A DNA stretch of 64,000 nt, from positions 7,877-71,876 of the forward strand of contig JAFLSM010000003.1 of the NCBI GenBank assembly GCA_022510955.1, read 5' to 3'. Origin of the DNA: Ruminococcus sp. GTDB taxonomy: Bacteria > Bacillota > Clostridia > Oscillospirales > Acutalibacteraceae. Positions 8,416-18,160 of this stretch are shown piece after piece (positions within the stretch are counted from its first letter, which is position 1; every line of letters starts with the position of its first letter). Position numbers and translations under genes: made by a program. A model generated the notes under the pieces. That model made no database searches. It saw only the letters and a list, made by a program, of their open reading frames with translations, and was not told where the DNA came from.

Positions 8416-10963
8416 ACCAAGTCCTTCCTATTGCCGCATCTGCTGTAAGCGGAACGGACAGCTTGACTGCGTTCTCCATTTCTTCCTGCAAAAGCATTGC
8501 CACACGCATACTCTCGTCCTGCGGTGCTTCTACAATCAATTCATCGTGAATTTGCAGAATAAGCCTTGCTTTAAGGCCCTCAGATTTAATTCTGTTGTCA
8601 ACTCTTATCATTGCAATTTTGATGATATCTGCCGCTGTACCCTGAATCGGCATATTTCGTGCCACTCTCTCGCCAAAAGCTCTCATCATTCCTTTACCGC
8701 TTGAAAGCTCAGGCAAATATCTTCTTCTGCCGAACATCGTTTCAACATAGCCGTCAAGCTTTGCTTTTTCAACAACATTCTTCATATATTCATCGACACC
8801 GCTGTAATGTGCAAGATAATTCTTAATGTATTGTGACGCTTCCTTGTTGCTTACACCGATATCCTTTGCAAGCGAATAAGCACCAATGCCGTATACAATA
8901 CCGAAGTTTACAGCCTTTGCCCTGCTTCGCATAATCGGGGTCACCATATCAAGAGGCATATTAAACACCTGTGATGCCGTAATTGCATGGATATCATCGT
9001 TGTTTTTAAACGCCTCAATCATATTTTTGTCGTTTGCAATATGAGCCAGCACACGAAGTTCAATCTGTGAATAGTCGGCATCAACAAGCACCATACCCTC
9101 TTTTGCGGCAAAGAATTTTCTCATCTCTCTACCAAGCTCAGTACGAACGGGAATGTTCTGCAAATTAGGCTCGGTTGAGCTTATTCTGCCTGTGCGTGTT
9201 TCAGTCTGATTAAAGTTTGAGTGGATTCTGCCGTCCTCGCCGATTACCTTTAAAAGTCCCTCGCAATAGGTTGAATTCAGCTTTGCAAGCGTTCTGTAGT
9301 TAAGCACCATTTCAACCACGGGATGCTCATATCTAAGGCTTTCGAGTACCTCTGCATTTGTGCTGTAGCCGCTTTTTGTTTTCTTTTTGCACGGCAATTT
9401 AAGGTCCTCAAACAACACCTTTCCCAGCTGTTTTGGCGAATTTATATTGAACTCACATCCGGCACTCTCATAAATTGAGGTTTCAAGACATTTTAACTGT
9501 GAGGACAGCATCTCACCGTAATCTTTAATGCCCTGCTCGTCAACATCAAATCCGACATTTTCCATTTTTGCAAGCACATTTGCAAGCGGAATTTCAACCT
9601 CCAAGAGCAGTTTTTCCTGCTCATTTGACTTGATTTCCGAAAGCAGTTTGTCGCACAGCCTGTCAAAAACGGCAAACGCCCTGTATTTTTCATACTCTTC
9701 GTTGTCTGTAATCGGCAATTCTATGCTGTTTGCACCGCAGAGATTTTCGTCTGAATAATCCTTTGAGCTTGGTTCAAGCAGATATGCCGCAAGCTCTGCA
9801 TCAAATACAAGAGACTTTACCTCAAAACCGTTTGTATCTGCGTAAGCATAAAGCATCTTGCTGTTTCTTGTAAATTTTTTAATATCCTCATTAATTAATA
9901 TTTCTTTGAAAGAATTTTTATCATCAAACAAAAATACCTTTTCATCATAAAGAATTACAAAGCTTTTTAATTCTTTTTCATCAAGTTCAAACTCTATATA
10001 CGCTTTATTATCTTTTTTGATATTTTTAAGCAGATCATCAAAATCAGCGTTTATGACAACCTCAAGTTTTTTTACCTCTGCCTTTTTTTCGTCAGGAATT
10101 TTCACATCATTAAGACCGTATTTGTCAATCAACGAGAACAGCTCAAGCCTTGCCATATATTTTGCACACTCGTCTGCGTCCTTCATATCCACAATATAAC
10201 TTTCAATACTTGTATCAATGGGAACGGTACAGCAAATTTCGCCGAGCATACGGCTCAAAATGGCATTGTCCTTTGAATTTTTAAGCTTGTTTCGCATTCC
10301 CTCTTTTATGTCAAGCTCATCAATATGGTCATAAATGTACTCCACACTGTGGTACTTCTGAATAAGCTCGCCTGCACCCTTTGGACCTATTCCGGCAACA
10401 CCCGGAATATTGTCAGAGCTGTCACCCTGAATAGCCTTAATCTCTATGAGTTCTTTAGGCGTAACCCCGTAATCCTGCATAATCAGTTCCGGTGTATAGT
10501 GAATATCCTCCTTGTTTGTGCAGAGATGCACGCTTGTATGTTCGGACACAAGCTGTAGGCTGTCCCTGTCACCTGTCGCAAGCACACACTCGTTGCCATT
10601 TTCGTCACAAGCTTTTGCAAGTGTACCTAAAATATCATCTGCTTCATAACCCTCACAAGTCACAATTTTATATCCTAAGAGCGACAAAAGCTCCTTTAGG
10701 GGGCCCATTTGTGAAGCAAGCTCCTCGGGCATTCCCTTGCGTGTTGCCTTATAGCCGGAATATGCTTTGTGTCTGAAAGTTGGTGTACGCAAATCAAACG
10801 CAATAGCAACTGCGTCGGGCTTTTCATCATTTTTTATTTTATGCAACATTGTCAAAAAACCGTAGATTGCGTGAGTAAACTGACCGTCCTTTGCAGTAAG
10901 CGGTCTGATACCGTAAAACGCACGGTTTACAATACTGTTTCCGTCAACAACAAGTAATCTCAT
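8399..10963 (-). CDS. polA: DNA polymerase I
   Basis: 5'-3' exonuclease N-terminus (VDGNSIVNRAFY, YEADD), TGRISSTEPNLQNIP, DYSQIELR, AKAVNFGIVYG, QIHDEL. Confidence 0.98.
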   Translation of the reverse strand: MRLLVVDGNSIVNRAFYGIRPLTAKDGQFTHAIYGFLTMLHKIKNDEKPDAVAIAFDLRTPTFRHKAYSGYKATRKGMPEELASQMGPLKELLSLLGYKIVTCEGYEADDILGTLAKACDENGNECVLATGDRDSLQLVSEHTSVHLCTNKEDIHYTPELIMQDYGVTPKELIEIKAIQGDSSDNIPGVAGIGPKGAGELIQKYHSVEYIYDHIDELDIKEGMRNKLKNSKDNAILSRMLGEICCTVPIDTSIESYIVDMKDADECAKYMARLELFSLIDKYGLNDVKIPDEKKAEVKKLEVVINADFDDLLKNIKKDNKAYIEFELDEKELKSFVILYDEKVFLFDDKNSFKEILINEDIKKFTRNSKMLYAYADTNGFEVKSLVFDAELAAYLLEPSSKDYSDENLCGANSIELPITDNEEYEKYRAFAVFDRLCDKLLSEIKSNEQEKLLLEVEIPLANVLAKMENVGFDVDEQGIKDYGEMLSSQLKCLETSIYESAGCEFNINSPKQLGKVLFEDLKLPCKKKTKSGYSTNAEVLESLRYEHPVVEMVLNYRTLAKLNSTYCEGLLKVIGEDGRIHSNFNQTETRTGRISSTEPNLQNIPVRTELGREMRKFFAAKEGMVLVDADYSQIELRVLAHIANDKNMIEAFKNNDDIHAITASQVFNMPLDMVTPIMRSRAKAVNFGIVYGIGAYSLAKDIGVSNKEASQYIKNYLAHYSGVDEYMKNVVEKAKLDGYVETMFGRRRYLPELSSGKGMMRAFGERVARNMPIQGTAADIIKIAMIRVDNRIKSEGLKARLILQIHDELIVEAPQDESMRVAMLLQEEMENAVKLSVPLTADAAIGRTWYDAKG

Positions 10964-12138
10964 AGCTTATACATCACTTCCGTAATTACACCGTTTTTAT
11001 AGTAAATCCGAGGCACTCGCTTGCCTACAAGGCAAACCACCTCATAATTAATAGTATTAGTATTTTCAGCCAAAGTATCAGCAGTCGGTTCACCGTTTTC
11101 GCCACTGCCGAACACAATAACCTCATCGCCTGATATTACACCCTCAATGTCTGTTACATCAAGCATAGTCTGGTCCATGCAAATTCTTCCGACAATCTTT
11201 GCTTTTTGGCCGTTTACAAGCATATACCCGTCCTCAGCATTCTGGCGTATAAAACCGTCTGCATATCCTATCGGCACTGTTGCAATTTTCATATCCTTGT
11301 CAGCAGTAAAGGTTCTTCCATACGAAATATCAGCACCCTTTTTGAGCATTTTCACATAGGAAACAACAGTTTTTAATGTCATAGCAGGCTTTAAGTCAAG
11401 CTTGCCGACAAGCTTTGATGACGGAGCAAGACCGTAAAGAATAATACCTGCACGCACCATATCGCAGTATGTCATATCATAATCAACAATAGCACCGCTG
11501 TTTGAGCAATGACAAATAGGAATATTAAGTCCAAGTTTTTCAAGCTCATTGCGAACATATGTAAAATTCTCATACTGCTTTTTTGTAAAATCTCTGCCCT
11601 CTTCCTCTTCATCTGACACACAAAAATGAGTAAACAAGCCTTCAAGCTCAAGATTCGGTAAATTGCAGGTTTCGTATATTTCTCTAATAGAATTATTATC
11701 TCGTGGAAATTCCTGACACATAAAACCGATTCGGCTCATACCCGTATCCGTTTTTATATGAATTTTGCAGGTACAATCAGCACTGATACATGCAGATGAA
11801 AGTGCCTGTGCGTATTCAAGCGAAAATACGGCCTGTGAAATGTTATACTGTGACAGTCTTTCAACCTCGCTTACTGGTGTGTAACCCAAAATCAAAATCG
11901 GCAGTTTACTGCCCGATAATCGAATTTCTACACCCTCATCAATATTTGAAACCGCAAAAAAATCCGCTCCAAGCTCTTCATAAACTCTTGAAAGCTCCAC
12001 AGCACCGTGACCGTAGCCGTCCGCCTTGATTACACAACAAATTTTTGCTTTATCCGAAACCTTAGCCTTAATTGTCTTGAAGTTATGTTCAATAGCATCA
12101 AGCGAAATCTCAGCCCAAGTTCTCTTTACAAAATCCAT
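10960..12138 (-). CDS. alr: Alanine racemase
   Basis: PLP lysine motif VIKADGYGHGA, HIKTDTGMSRIG, GRICMDQ; start at MDFVKR. Confidence 0.96.
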   Translation of the reverse strand: MDFVKRTWAEISLDAIEHNFKTIKAKVSDKAKICCVIKADGYGHGAVELSRVYEELGADFFAVSNIDEGVEIRLSGSKLPILILGYTPVSEVERLSQYNISQAVFSLEYAQALSSACISADCTCKIHIKTDTGMSRIGFMCQEFPRDNNSIREIYETCNLPNLELEGLFTHFCVSDEEEEGRDFTKKQYENFTYVRNELEKLGLNIPICHCSNSGAIVDYDMTYCDMVRAGIILYGLAPSSKLVGKLDLKPAMTLKTVVSYVKMLKKGADISYGRTFTADKDMKIATVPIGYADGFIRQNAEDGYMLVNGQKAKIVGRICMDQTMLDVTDIEGVISGDEVIVFGSGENGEPTADTLAENTNTINYEVVCLVGKRVPRIYYKNGVITEVMYKL

Positions 12139-12176
12139 GTCAGGAAAAACCTCTTTTGCACACAAAATTTTATAAT

Positions 12177-12200
12177 ACTATTCTATTGAAGAGTAGTATA
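12177..12200. repeat. Solo terminal repeat of TA-ended MITE family (copy a)
   Basis: TACTATTCTATTGAAGAGTAGTATA nearly matches the right end of the copies at 43269, 46398 and 48083. Confidence 0.6.
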
Positions 12201-12313
12201 ACTATACATTGTACATTATACAACGAATGAAAGGTATAATCAACCATTTTATCATTTAAGTAAGCACCAACAGCCGTCAGGCGTGATTTATTAGTGGTTA
12301 TTTAAACAAAAAC

Positions 12314-12342
12314 AAACCCTAAGCAAAATTTGCTTAGGGTTT
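12314..12342 (-). terminator. Intrinsic terminator ending the aminotransferase-trpS-hypothetical run
   Basis: AAACCCTAAGCA-AATTT-TGCTTAGGGTTT followed by a U-rich tract on the minus strand. Confidence 0.85.
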
Positions 12343-12349
12343 GACTTAA

Positions 12350-13102
12350 TCATTTCATCAAAATATCAAGATTTGTTTTTTGTTCCTTATAATACGCAAA
12401 ATCGTCGGGGGAACACTTGATGTTTTTCTTCACTTTCAAATCCTGTAAAATTTCATCAATTCTCACAAGATAATCAAAGTCTGTTTTTTCATAATTATTG
12501 CCCGCTCCTCCCATATTGTCAGAGTAGCCAACCTTGATTGTACCGCCCTTTTTCATATGGAGAACAAACATTGCATTATTGCAGCCGTCATCATCAACAT
12601 CATAGCTTAAAACATCACTGTAATTGTAAGTTGTTCCAATAGGATTAATTAAAGACCTTTTGATGATATTTGTTTCGGTAAAGGTAGTGTTATCTACAAG
12701 AACAAAGTAGCAAAGCAAGGCATTGAATACAACAAAAATTACAATCAACAATCCAACTGCCTTTTGCCAACCGTCCTCAAAATCAATATCTTTATTGATT
12801 TTCTCCTTTAGTTCATCAGCCTTGTTTCTTATCTTTTTAACCAAATAAATAATTCCTAACTCAATTAACTTTAAAAGGGCAAAAGCAATAAGTGTTATTT
12901 CAACACAAAAAGCAATAAACGAAAAGTTAGAAAATACACCCGAATTCCATACAATCAAATTCTCGTCAGGAATAGCCATGTTGGTTAATATCATTACTAA
13001 CCATATTGTACCAAAAAATCCTGCCGCAATAGATAATAACAAATTCAGAATATCAATGAGTTTCATTGACTTTAAAGCCTTTAACTGAGACCATAATAAC
13101 AT
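12350..13102 (-). CDS. Hypothetical membrane protein (3 predicted TM segments plus a soluble C-terminal domain)
   Basis: 250-aa ORF directly downstream of trpS; hydrophobic stretches; no recognised motif. Confidence 0.7.
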   Translation of the reverse strand: MLLWSQLKALKSMKLIDILNLLLSIAAGFFGTIWLVMILTNMAIPDENLIVWNSGVFSNFSFIAFCVEITLIAFALLKLIELGIIYLVKKIRNKADELKEKINKDIDFEDGWQKAVGLLIVIFVVFNALLCYFVLVDNTTFTETNIIKRSLINPIGTTYNYSDVLSYDVDDDGCNNAMFVLHMKKGGTIKVGYSDNMGGAGNNYEKTDFDYLVRIDEILQDLKVKKNIKCSPDDFAYYKEQKTNLDILMK

Positions 13103-13119
13103 AAGTATTACACCAAAAA

Positions 13120-14121
13120 TTAAAGAACAAAGCCGATTTTTTTCATTGCCTTTGAAACAGTTCTTCTGCTGATTTTTGTTGCAATTTCATCAGCCTTGCG
13201 GTAACATTCCTCAAGATATGCCTTATCCTTTACAAGCTGATTGTAACGCTCCTGAATCGGACGTAGGTGTTCAACAACAGCCTCACCGACTGCCACCTTG
13301 AAGTCACCATATCCCTTGCCGTCAAAGTCATGCTCAATCTGCTCAAATGTAAGTCCTGTAACCGCACTGTAAATTGACATAAGGTTATTGATGCCGTCCT
13401 TGCCCTCAGCATAACGAACACAAGCCTCGCTGTCCGTGATTGCACGCTTGAACTTTCTCATAATTGTTTCAGGTGTATCAAGCAGATGAACACAGCCGTT
13501 TACATTTTCGTCAGACTTGCTCATTTTTTTGCTTGGATCCTGCAAGCTCATAACACGAGCACCGTTCTTTGGAATAAATCCTTCGGGAACCTTGAACACA
13601 TTGCCGTATCTACCATTAAAACGCTCTGCAATGTCACGAGTAAGCTCAATGTGCTGTTTCTGGTCAGCACCTACAGGTACCTTATCTGCCTGGTAAAGCA
13701 GGATATCAGCCGCCATAAGAACAGGATATGTAAACAAGCCTGCGTTGATGTTGTCTGCGTGCTTTGCTGATTTATCTTTGAACTGTGTCATTCTTGAAAG
13801 CTCACCGAACTGTGTGTAACAGCTTAAAAGCCAAGCAAGCTCTGCGTGAGTGTGAACATGGCTCTGGATGAAGAAAAGGCTTTTTTCAACATCTACACCG
13901 CATGCCATAATTGAAGCATAGGCATCTATAATATTCTTTCTCATCTGTGCTGGTTCTTGCTTTACGGTTATTGTATGCAAATCTGCAAGTGCATAAATAC
14001 AGTCATACTCCTCCTGCATTGCCACCCAATTTCGTACTGCACCAAGGTAATTACCGAGTGTTATTGTACCGCTTGGCTGTATTGCACTGAACACAACCTC
14101 TCTTTTCTTTTCGTTTTCCAT
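13120..14121 (-). CDS. trpS: Tryptophan--tRNA ligase
   Basis: QPSGTITLGNYLGA (HIGH-like), VPVGADQKQHIEL, KKMSKS. Confidence 0.97.
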   Translation of the reverse strand: MENEKKREVVFSAIQPSGTITLGNYLGAVRNWVAMQEEYDCIYALADLHTITVKQEPAQMRKNIIDAYASIMACGVDVEKSLFFIQSHVHTHAELAWLLSCYTQFGELSRMTQFKDKSAKHADNINAGLFTYPVLMAADILLYQADKVPVGADQKQHIELTRDIAERFNGRYGNVFKVPEGFIPKNGARVMSLQDPSKKMSKSDENVNGCVHLLDTPETIMRKFKRAITDSEACVRYAEGKDGINNLMSIYSAVTGLTFEQIEHDFDGKGYGDFKVAVGEAVVEHLRPIQERYNQLVKDKAYLEECYRKADEIATKISRRTVSKAMKKIGFVL

Positions 14122-14142
14122 TTCTATTTCCTCCATAATCGG

Positions 14143-15330
14143 TTAAATTTTCTTGTTTGCAAGCTCGCCGAGTATTTTTATACCCTTTTCAAGCTGTTCA
14201 TCTGTAGGTGTTGTAAAATTAATTCTAAAGCTGTGACACTCTTCATTTTCGTCTGTAAGAAAAGCATTGCCGGGAACAACACAAACCTTGTTTAGCACAG
14301 CCTCTTTGCAAAAACTTGGCATATCAATGCTTTTATCAAGGTCACACCAAATGAAGAGTCCGCCGTCAATTTTATTATATGTAATTGCCGGAGCACAGTA
14401 TTTGTCAAGCAAATTCATACAAAATTCTGCCTTCTTGGCGTAAATATTTCTAAGCATTCCAAGATGATTGTTGAAATCGTACTTTGTAATAAACTCGTCG
14501 CAAATGTATTGTGCCCATATATTTGTATGAACATCATTACCCTGTTTACATACAACAAGCTTCTGGAAAATCGGCTTCGGACAAATGCAGTATGCAACAC
14601 GAATGCCAGGTGAAATTACCTTTGACATTGAGCCTGCATAAATTACAATTCCGTCTGTGTCAAAGCTTTTGATGTTTGGCACATTCTCTCCGCTGTATCG
14701 AAGGTCACCGTACGGGTTATCCTCTATAATGAGCACACCGTACTTTTTGGCAAGCTCATAAACCTTTTGGCGTTTTTTCAAACTCATTGTAACGCCTGAG
14801 GGATTTTGAAAGTTCGGAATTGTATATATAAATTTTGTATCGGGATTAGCTTTCAGCTTTTCTTCAAGTTCATCAGTATTCATTCCGTCAGACTCAACGG
14901 TCACTCCGACAAGCTTTGCATTGTAACTTCTGAAAGTGTTTAATGAACCGATAAATGACGGTGCCTCTACAATTACGGTTTCTCCCTCATTTACAAGTGA
15001 TTTTGTACACAAATCCATAATCTGCTGTGCACCTGTTGTAATTATTATGTCGTCATTCTCACTTCCGGTATTACACTCTTTTTGCATATATTCCATCAGG
15101 TGCTGTCGAAGCGGAGTATAACCCTCGCTTACACTGTACTGTAAAACTTTAATCGGGTCTTCTGCAAGCACCTTTGCCGAAATTTCCTCAATCGCCTTTA
15201 CAGGAAAAGCGTCAGGCGACGGGTTGCCGGCTGAAAGCGAAACAACCTCGGGGTCTGCAGCATATTTGAAAATCTCTCGAATAGCACTCGGCTTGAGATT
15301 TGAAACTCGGTCTGAAAACTTATATTCCAT
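14143..15330 (-). CDS. PLP-dependent aminotransferase class I/II (aromatic/2-aminoadipate type)
   Basis: PSAIREIFK, SLSAGNP, YTIPNFQNPSG, EDNPYGDL, GSMSKVISPGIRV. Confidence 0.9.
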   Translation of the reverse strand: MEYKFSDRVSNLKPSAIREIFKYAADPEVVSLSAGNPSPDAFPVKAIEEISAKVLAEDPIKVLQYSVSEGYTPLRQHLMEYMQKECNTGSENDDIIITTGAQQIMDLCTKSLVNEGETVIVEAPSFIGSLNTFRSYNAKLVGVTVESDGMNTDELEEKLKANPDTKFIYTIPNFQNPSGVTMSLKKRQKVYELAKKYGVLIIEDNPYGDLRYSGENVPNIKSFDTDGIVIYAGSMSKVISPGIRVAYCICPKPIFQKLVVCKQGNDVHTNIWAQYICDEFITKYDFNNHLGMLRNIYAKKAEFCMNLLDKYCAPAITYNKIDGGLFIWCDLDKSIDMPSFCKEAVLNKVCVVPGNAFLTDENEECHSFRINFTTPTDEQLEKGIKILGELANKKI

Positions 15331-15540
15331 AATCAAACTCCTATAATTTACAGATATATATTATTAATATTATCACGAAAATAACTTTCGTTCAAGTTAT
15401 TTAAAAAATTTGATTTATTTTAAATGGAAAAGTGTAAAATTATATTGTTTTTAGTCAAATAATGTTGTATAATTAAACAGAACATTCTTATAATAATGGA
15501 TAAATGCCACCATTTGTAAATATGAGAAAGAGGTAAAAAT

Positions 15541-16869
15541 ATGAGCCAGCGTAATAATTATAACTACTCAAATTTTGAAAACTATAACGATGGCTTTAAC
15601 AACAGGGAATATCGTCGCCGTTCGCCCCAAAACAGGCAGACTGCTTCAAACAGACCCGTTTATAATGTGAACCGCAATAATCGTCGTCGATCGTCTCGAC
15701 GCAACAAAAAACGCACACGCAATCGTATTATTATTATTGGTTCATTCACCCTTATTATTGTACTTTTAATTGCACTGTTTTTTGTTATGTTTAAAGGATG
15801 TTCAAGCGACCGTATTAAGACAAGTGCCAATGTTTCAAAAGAAACAAAATCAACCGGAGAAACAACAGCTTCCGGTGCATTGTCAAACGGCTCACAAAAT
15901 CCTTCTTCAGACGGAGATTTGCTTTCACCTGCAACCTTTGTAACTCCGAATATTGCGGACAACAATGACGAAAACGGCTTTAACTCATTTGGCATTTATA
16001 TTTGGAATGGAACCGCATATGAACCCTTTGGCGGTGACGAAGATAAAGCAAAAACTTATGCAAACACTATTAACGGATTTGCAGACAAATTTTCAAGCGA
16101 TGTGACCGTTTATGATATGGTTGTTCCAAACCATACGGAGATGTCACTTCCCCAGCGACTTAAAAACGGTGAAGCCCATTCAACATCACAGGCTGAAAAC
16201 ATCAAGAGTATTTATGCTAATCTTTCAGACAGAGTTACTCCGATTAATGCATACAATTTAATTGCAGAGCACAACAATGAGTATATCTACTTTAACTCTG
16301 ATCATCACTGGACAGGCCTTGGAGCTTACTATGCTTACTCTGCATTTGCTCAAACTACAAAACAAAAGGTGCTTGATTTAAAAAGCTGTGAAGAAATCAC
16401 AATAGATGGCTTTACTGGCTCGTTCTCAAGCTATTCCGAAAGCATTAAATCAGACACCGTTCACTATTGGAAGTTACCTTATAATGTGTCAATGGATGTA
16501 TACTACTCTTATGATACATTTGATACCTATAGTTCTCCGTACTATGAATATGCCGAGGCAGGAACATCCACATACGGTGTATTCATTGTAGGCGACAATC
16601 AGGATTACGGACTAACAGTTCTCCGTTCCGAATCAGAGGATGTAGCAGAGGGCAAAAAAATTGCCGTTGTTAAAGAAAGCTACGGCAACGCATTTGTGCC
16701 CTATCTCACTAATAATTACAAGGAAGTTCATACTATTGACTTCCGCTACTTCTCACAAAATCTTCCTGATTACTGCGAAGCAAACGGAATTGATGAAGTA
16801 CTGTTTATAAACGGAGTAATGAGTGCAAGCACACAAATCCAGCTTGACAGTATGAGCACCTTGTTTTAA
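15541..16869 (+). CDS. DHHW-family (AlgX/AlgJ-like SGNH) membrane-anchored protein
   Basis: YFNSDHHWTGLGAYYAY, KESYGNAFVPYL, IDFRY; single TM after an Arg/Asn-rich N-tail. Confidence 0.85.
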   Translation: MSQRNNYNYSNFENYNDGFNNREYRRRSPQNRQTASNRPVYNVNRNNRRRSSRRNKKRTRNRIIIIGSFTLIIVLLIALFFVMFKGCSSDRIKTSANVSKETKSTGETTASGALSNGSQNPSSDGDLLSPATFVTPNIADNNDENGFNSFGIYIWNGTAYEPFGGDEDKAKTYANTINGFADKFSSDVTVYDMVVPNHTEMSLPQRLKNGEAHSTSQAENIKSIYANLSDRVTPINAYNLIAEHNNEYIYFNSDHHWTGLGAYYAYSAFAQTTKQKVLDLKSCEEITIDGFTGSFSSYSESIKSDTVHYWKLPYNVSMDVYYSYDTFDTYSSPYYEYAEAGTSTYGVFIVGDNQDYGLTVLRSESEDVAEGKKIAVVKESYGNAFVPYLTNNYKEVHTIDFRYFSQNLPDYCEANGIDEVLFINGVMSASTQIQLDSMSTLF

Positions 16870-17018
16870 TTATTAATAACGTTTTCATAAACTAATCAAA
16901 CATATAGTGCGTGTCCGAAAATAAATTTGATTTTCCGTAACAATCTATAATGACACTTATACACAAGAAAAATTTTTATCATCTACCATGTAAAAAATTA
17001 TGAAAGGAGGCAACAGGA

Positions 17019-17711
17019 ATGATTGCAGACAATGTTAAAGTCAGCATTTTTGGCAAAATCAGCAACAGTCTTTATTATGCCAAAATTCAAGCTAACGGAC
17101 AAAATAAAAGTGCATATGTAATTTCTCGCAAGCAAATTAGAGATTATTTTGACGGCATTGTAGTTGCTGTTGCCGAATTTGATGGGCTTGATGAGGAAAG
17201 AAGCATTGTTGCACCATATGGTGAGATTTTCTATGAACCCGAGATAAGAAATCTGCTTTTAAAACTAAAAAATATCAGTCTTAAATCAATCAACTGTCTT
17301 TACGAAAAATCATGCGGTGCGATTATTTTTCATAAAACAAAGCAGAACACAAAAGTTTTGCTTGTCAAAAACAACAGTGGCAGATATTGGAGCTTTCCTA
17401 AAGGACACATTGAGGATGGCGAAAACGAGCAACAAACTGCAATTCGAGAAATCAAGGAAGAAACAGGACTTGATGTTACAATCTTTGATAATTTCAGAGA
17501 AATTAGTGAATACTGCCCGTTTGGAAAAATAAGAAAAAGAGTTGTATTCTTTCTTGCCCAGGCTTTTACCGACAATGTAAAAATCCAAGAGGAAGAGATT
17601 GACAGCTACATTTGGGTTGACCTCCAACAAGCACGCAAAATGTGTGTGTATGATAATGACTTGCGAATTATCGACAAAGCCGAAACCGCAATTCACTTAA
17701 TGCGAAATTGA
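17019..17711 (+). CDS. NUDIX hydrolase (Ap4A-hydrolase-like) with a degenerate N-terminal PPase-like domain
   Basis: EKSCGAII...WSFPKGHIEDGENEQQTAIREIKEETG; SD AAAGGAGG. Confidence 0.8.
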   Translation: MIADNVKVSIFGKISNSLYYAKIQANGQNKSAYVISRKQIRDYFDGIVVAVAEFDGLDEERSIVAPYGEIFYEPEIRNLLLKLKNISLKSINCLYEKSCGAIIFHKTKQNTKVLLVKNNSGRYWSFPKGHIEDGENEQQTAIREIKEETGLDVTIFDNFREISEYCPFGKIRKRVVFFLAQAFTDNVKIQEEEIDSYIWVDLQQARKMCVYDNDLRIIDKAETAIHLMRN

Positions 17712-17766
17712 TTTTTTACTTTCGTTTTTTTACTTTCGCTTTTTACTTTCGCTTTTTTACTTTCGC
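17712..17766 (+). repeat. Short tandem repeat T(5-7)ACTTTCG(C) x4
   Basis: Four consecutive units immediately after the NUDIX stop codon. Confidence 0.9.
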
Positions 17767-17950
17767 TTCATAAGTTCAGCAAAATTTATAATGCAGTATC
17801 ACGAAATTTAAACTTTGTTTTTTGGGGTAACTTCATTATTATATCTATACTATAAGTTATATATAATAGCGACCACTGTCGCCCCGTTTTTTTACTTTCG
17901 CTTCATAAGTTCAGCAGAATTTATAATGCAGTATCACGAAATTTAGACTT
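17753..17950 (+). repeat. Two 63-bp direct repeats (17753-17815, 17888-17950) separated by 72 bp
   Basis: TTTTTTACTTTCGCTTCATAAGTTCAGCARAATTTATAATGCAGTATCACGAAATTTARACTT; only 2 differences. Confidence 0.9.
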
Positions 17951-18047
17951 CGGGTTTTAGTAAACTTCTTTTTTACTTTAACTCTTGAGGGGTAGACATT
18001 TTACATTTTACGAATCTTTTTTTATTAATAACTTTATCTATAAACTA

Positions 18048-18079
18048 AAAGCCTATGGATTATAAAATCCATAGGCTTT
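18048..18079. terminator. Bidirectional-type hairpin between convergent NUDIX and amylase genes
   Basis: AAAGCCTATGGAT-TATAAA-ATCCATAGGCTTT perfect 13-bp stem. Confidence 0.8.
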
Positions 18080-18086
18080 ATTGATT

Positions 18087-18156
18087 TATACTAATCGCCA
18101 CAATAGAAGAACAAAATCTGAGGGAAAGATTGCTACTATTTCTTTTGAAGATTAAT
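18087..18156. mobile_element. TA-ended MITE-like element, ~70-bp copy b
   Basis: TATACTAATCGCCACAATAGAAGA...CTACTATTTCTTTTGAAGATTAAT; imperfect terminal inverted repeats shared with other copies. Confidence 0.65.
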
Positions 18157-18160
18157 TTTT

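Noticed and set aside
8231-8704. Antisense/overlapping ORFs such as 8231-8704, 29614-30174, 47450-47935 and 50109-50567
   Set aside because: They lie opposite well-supported genes and lack an SD or recognisable motifs; treated as shadow frames.
17753-17950. Mini CRISPR array
   Set aside because: Only two repeats of 63 bp with a 72-bp spacer, outside typical sizes, and no cas genes in the window.
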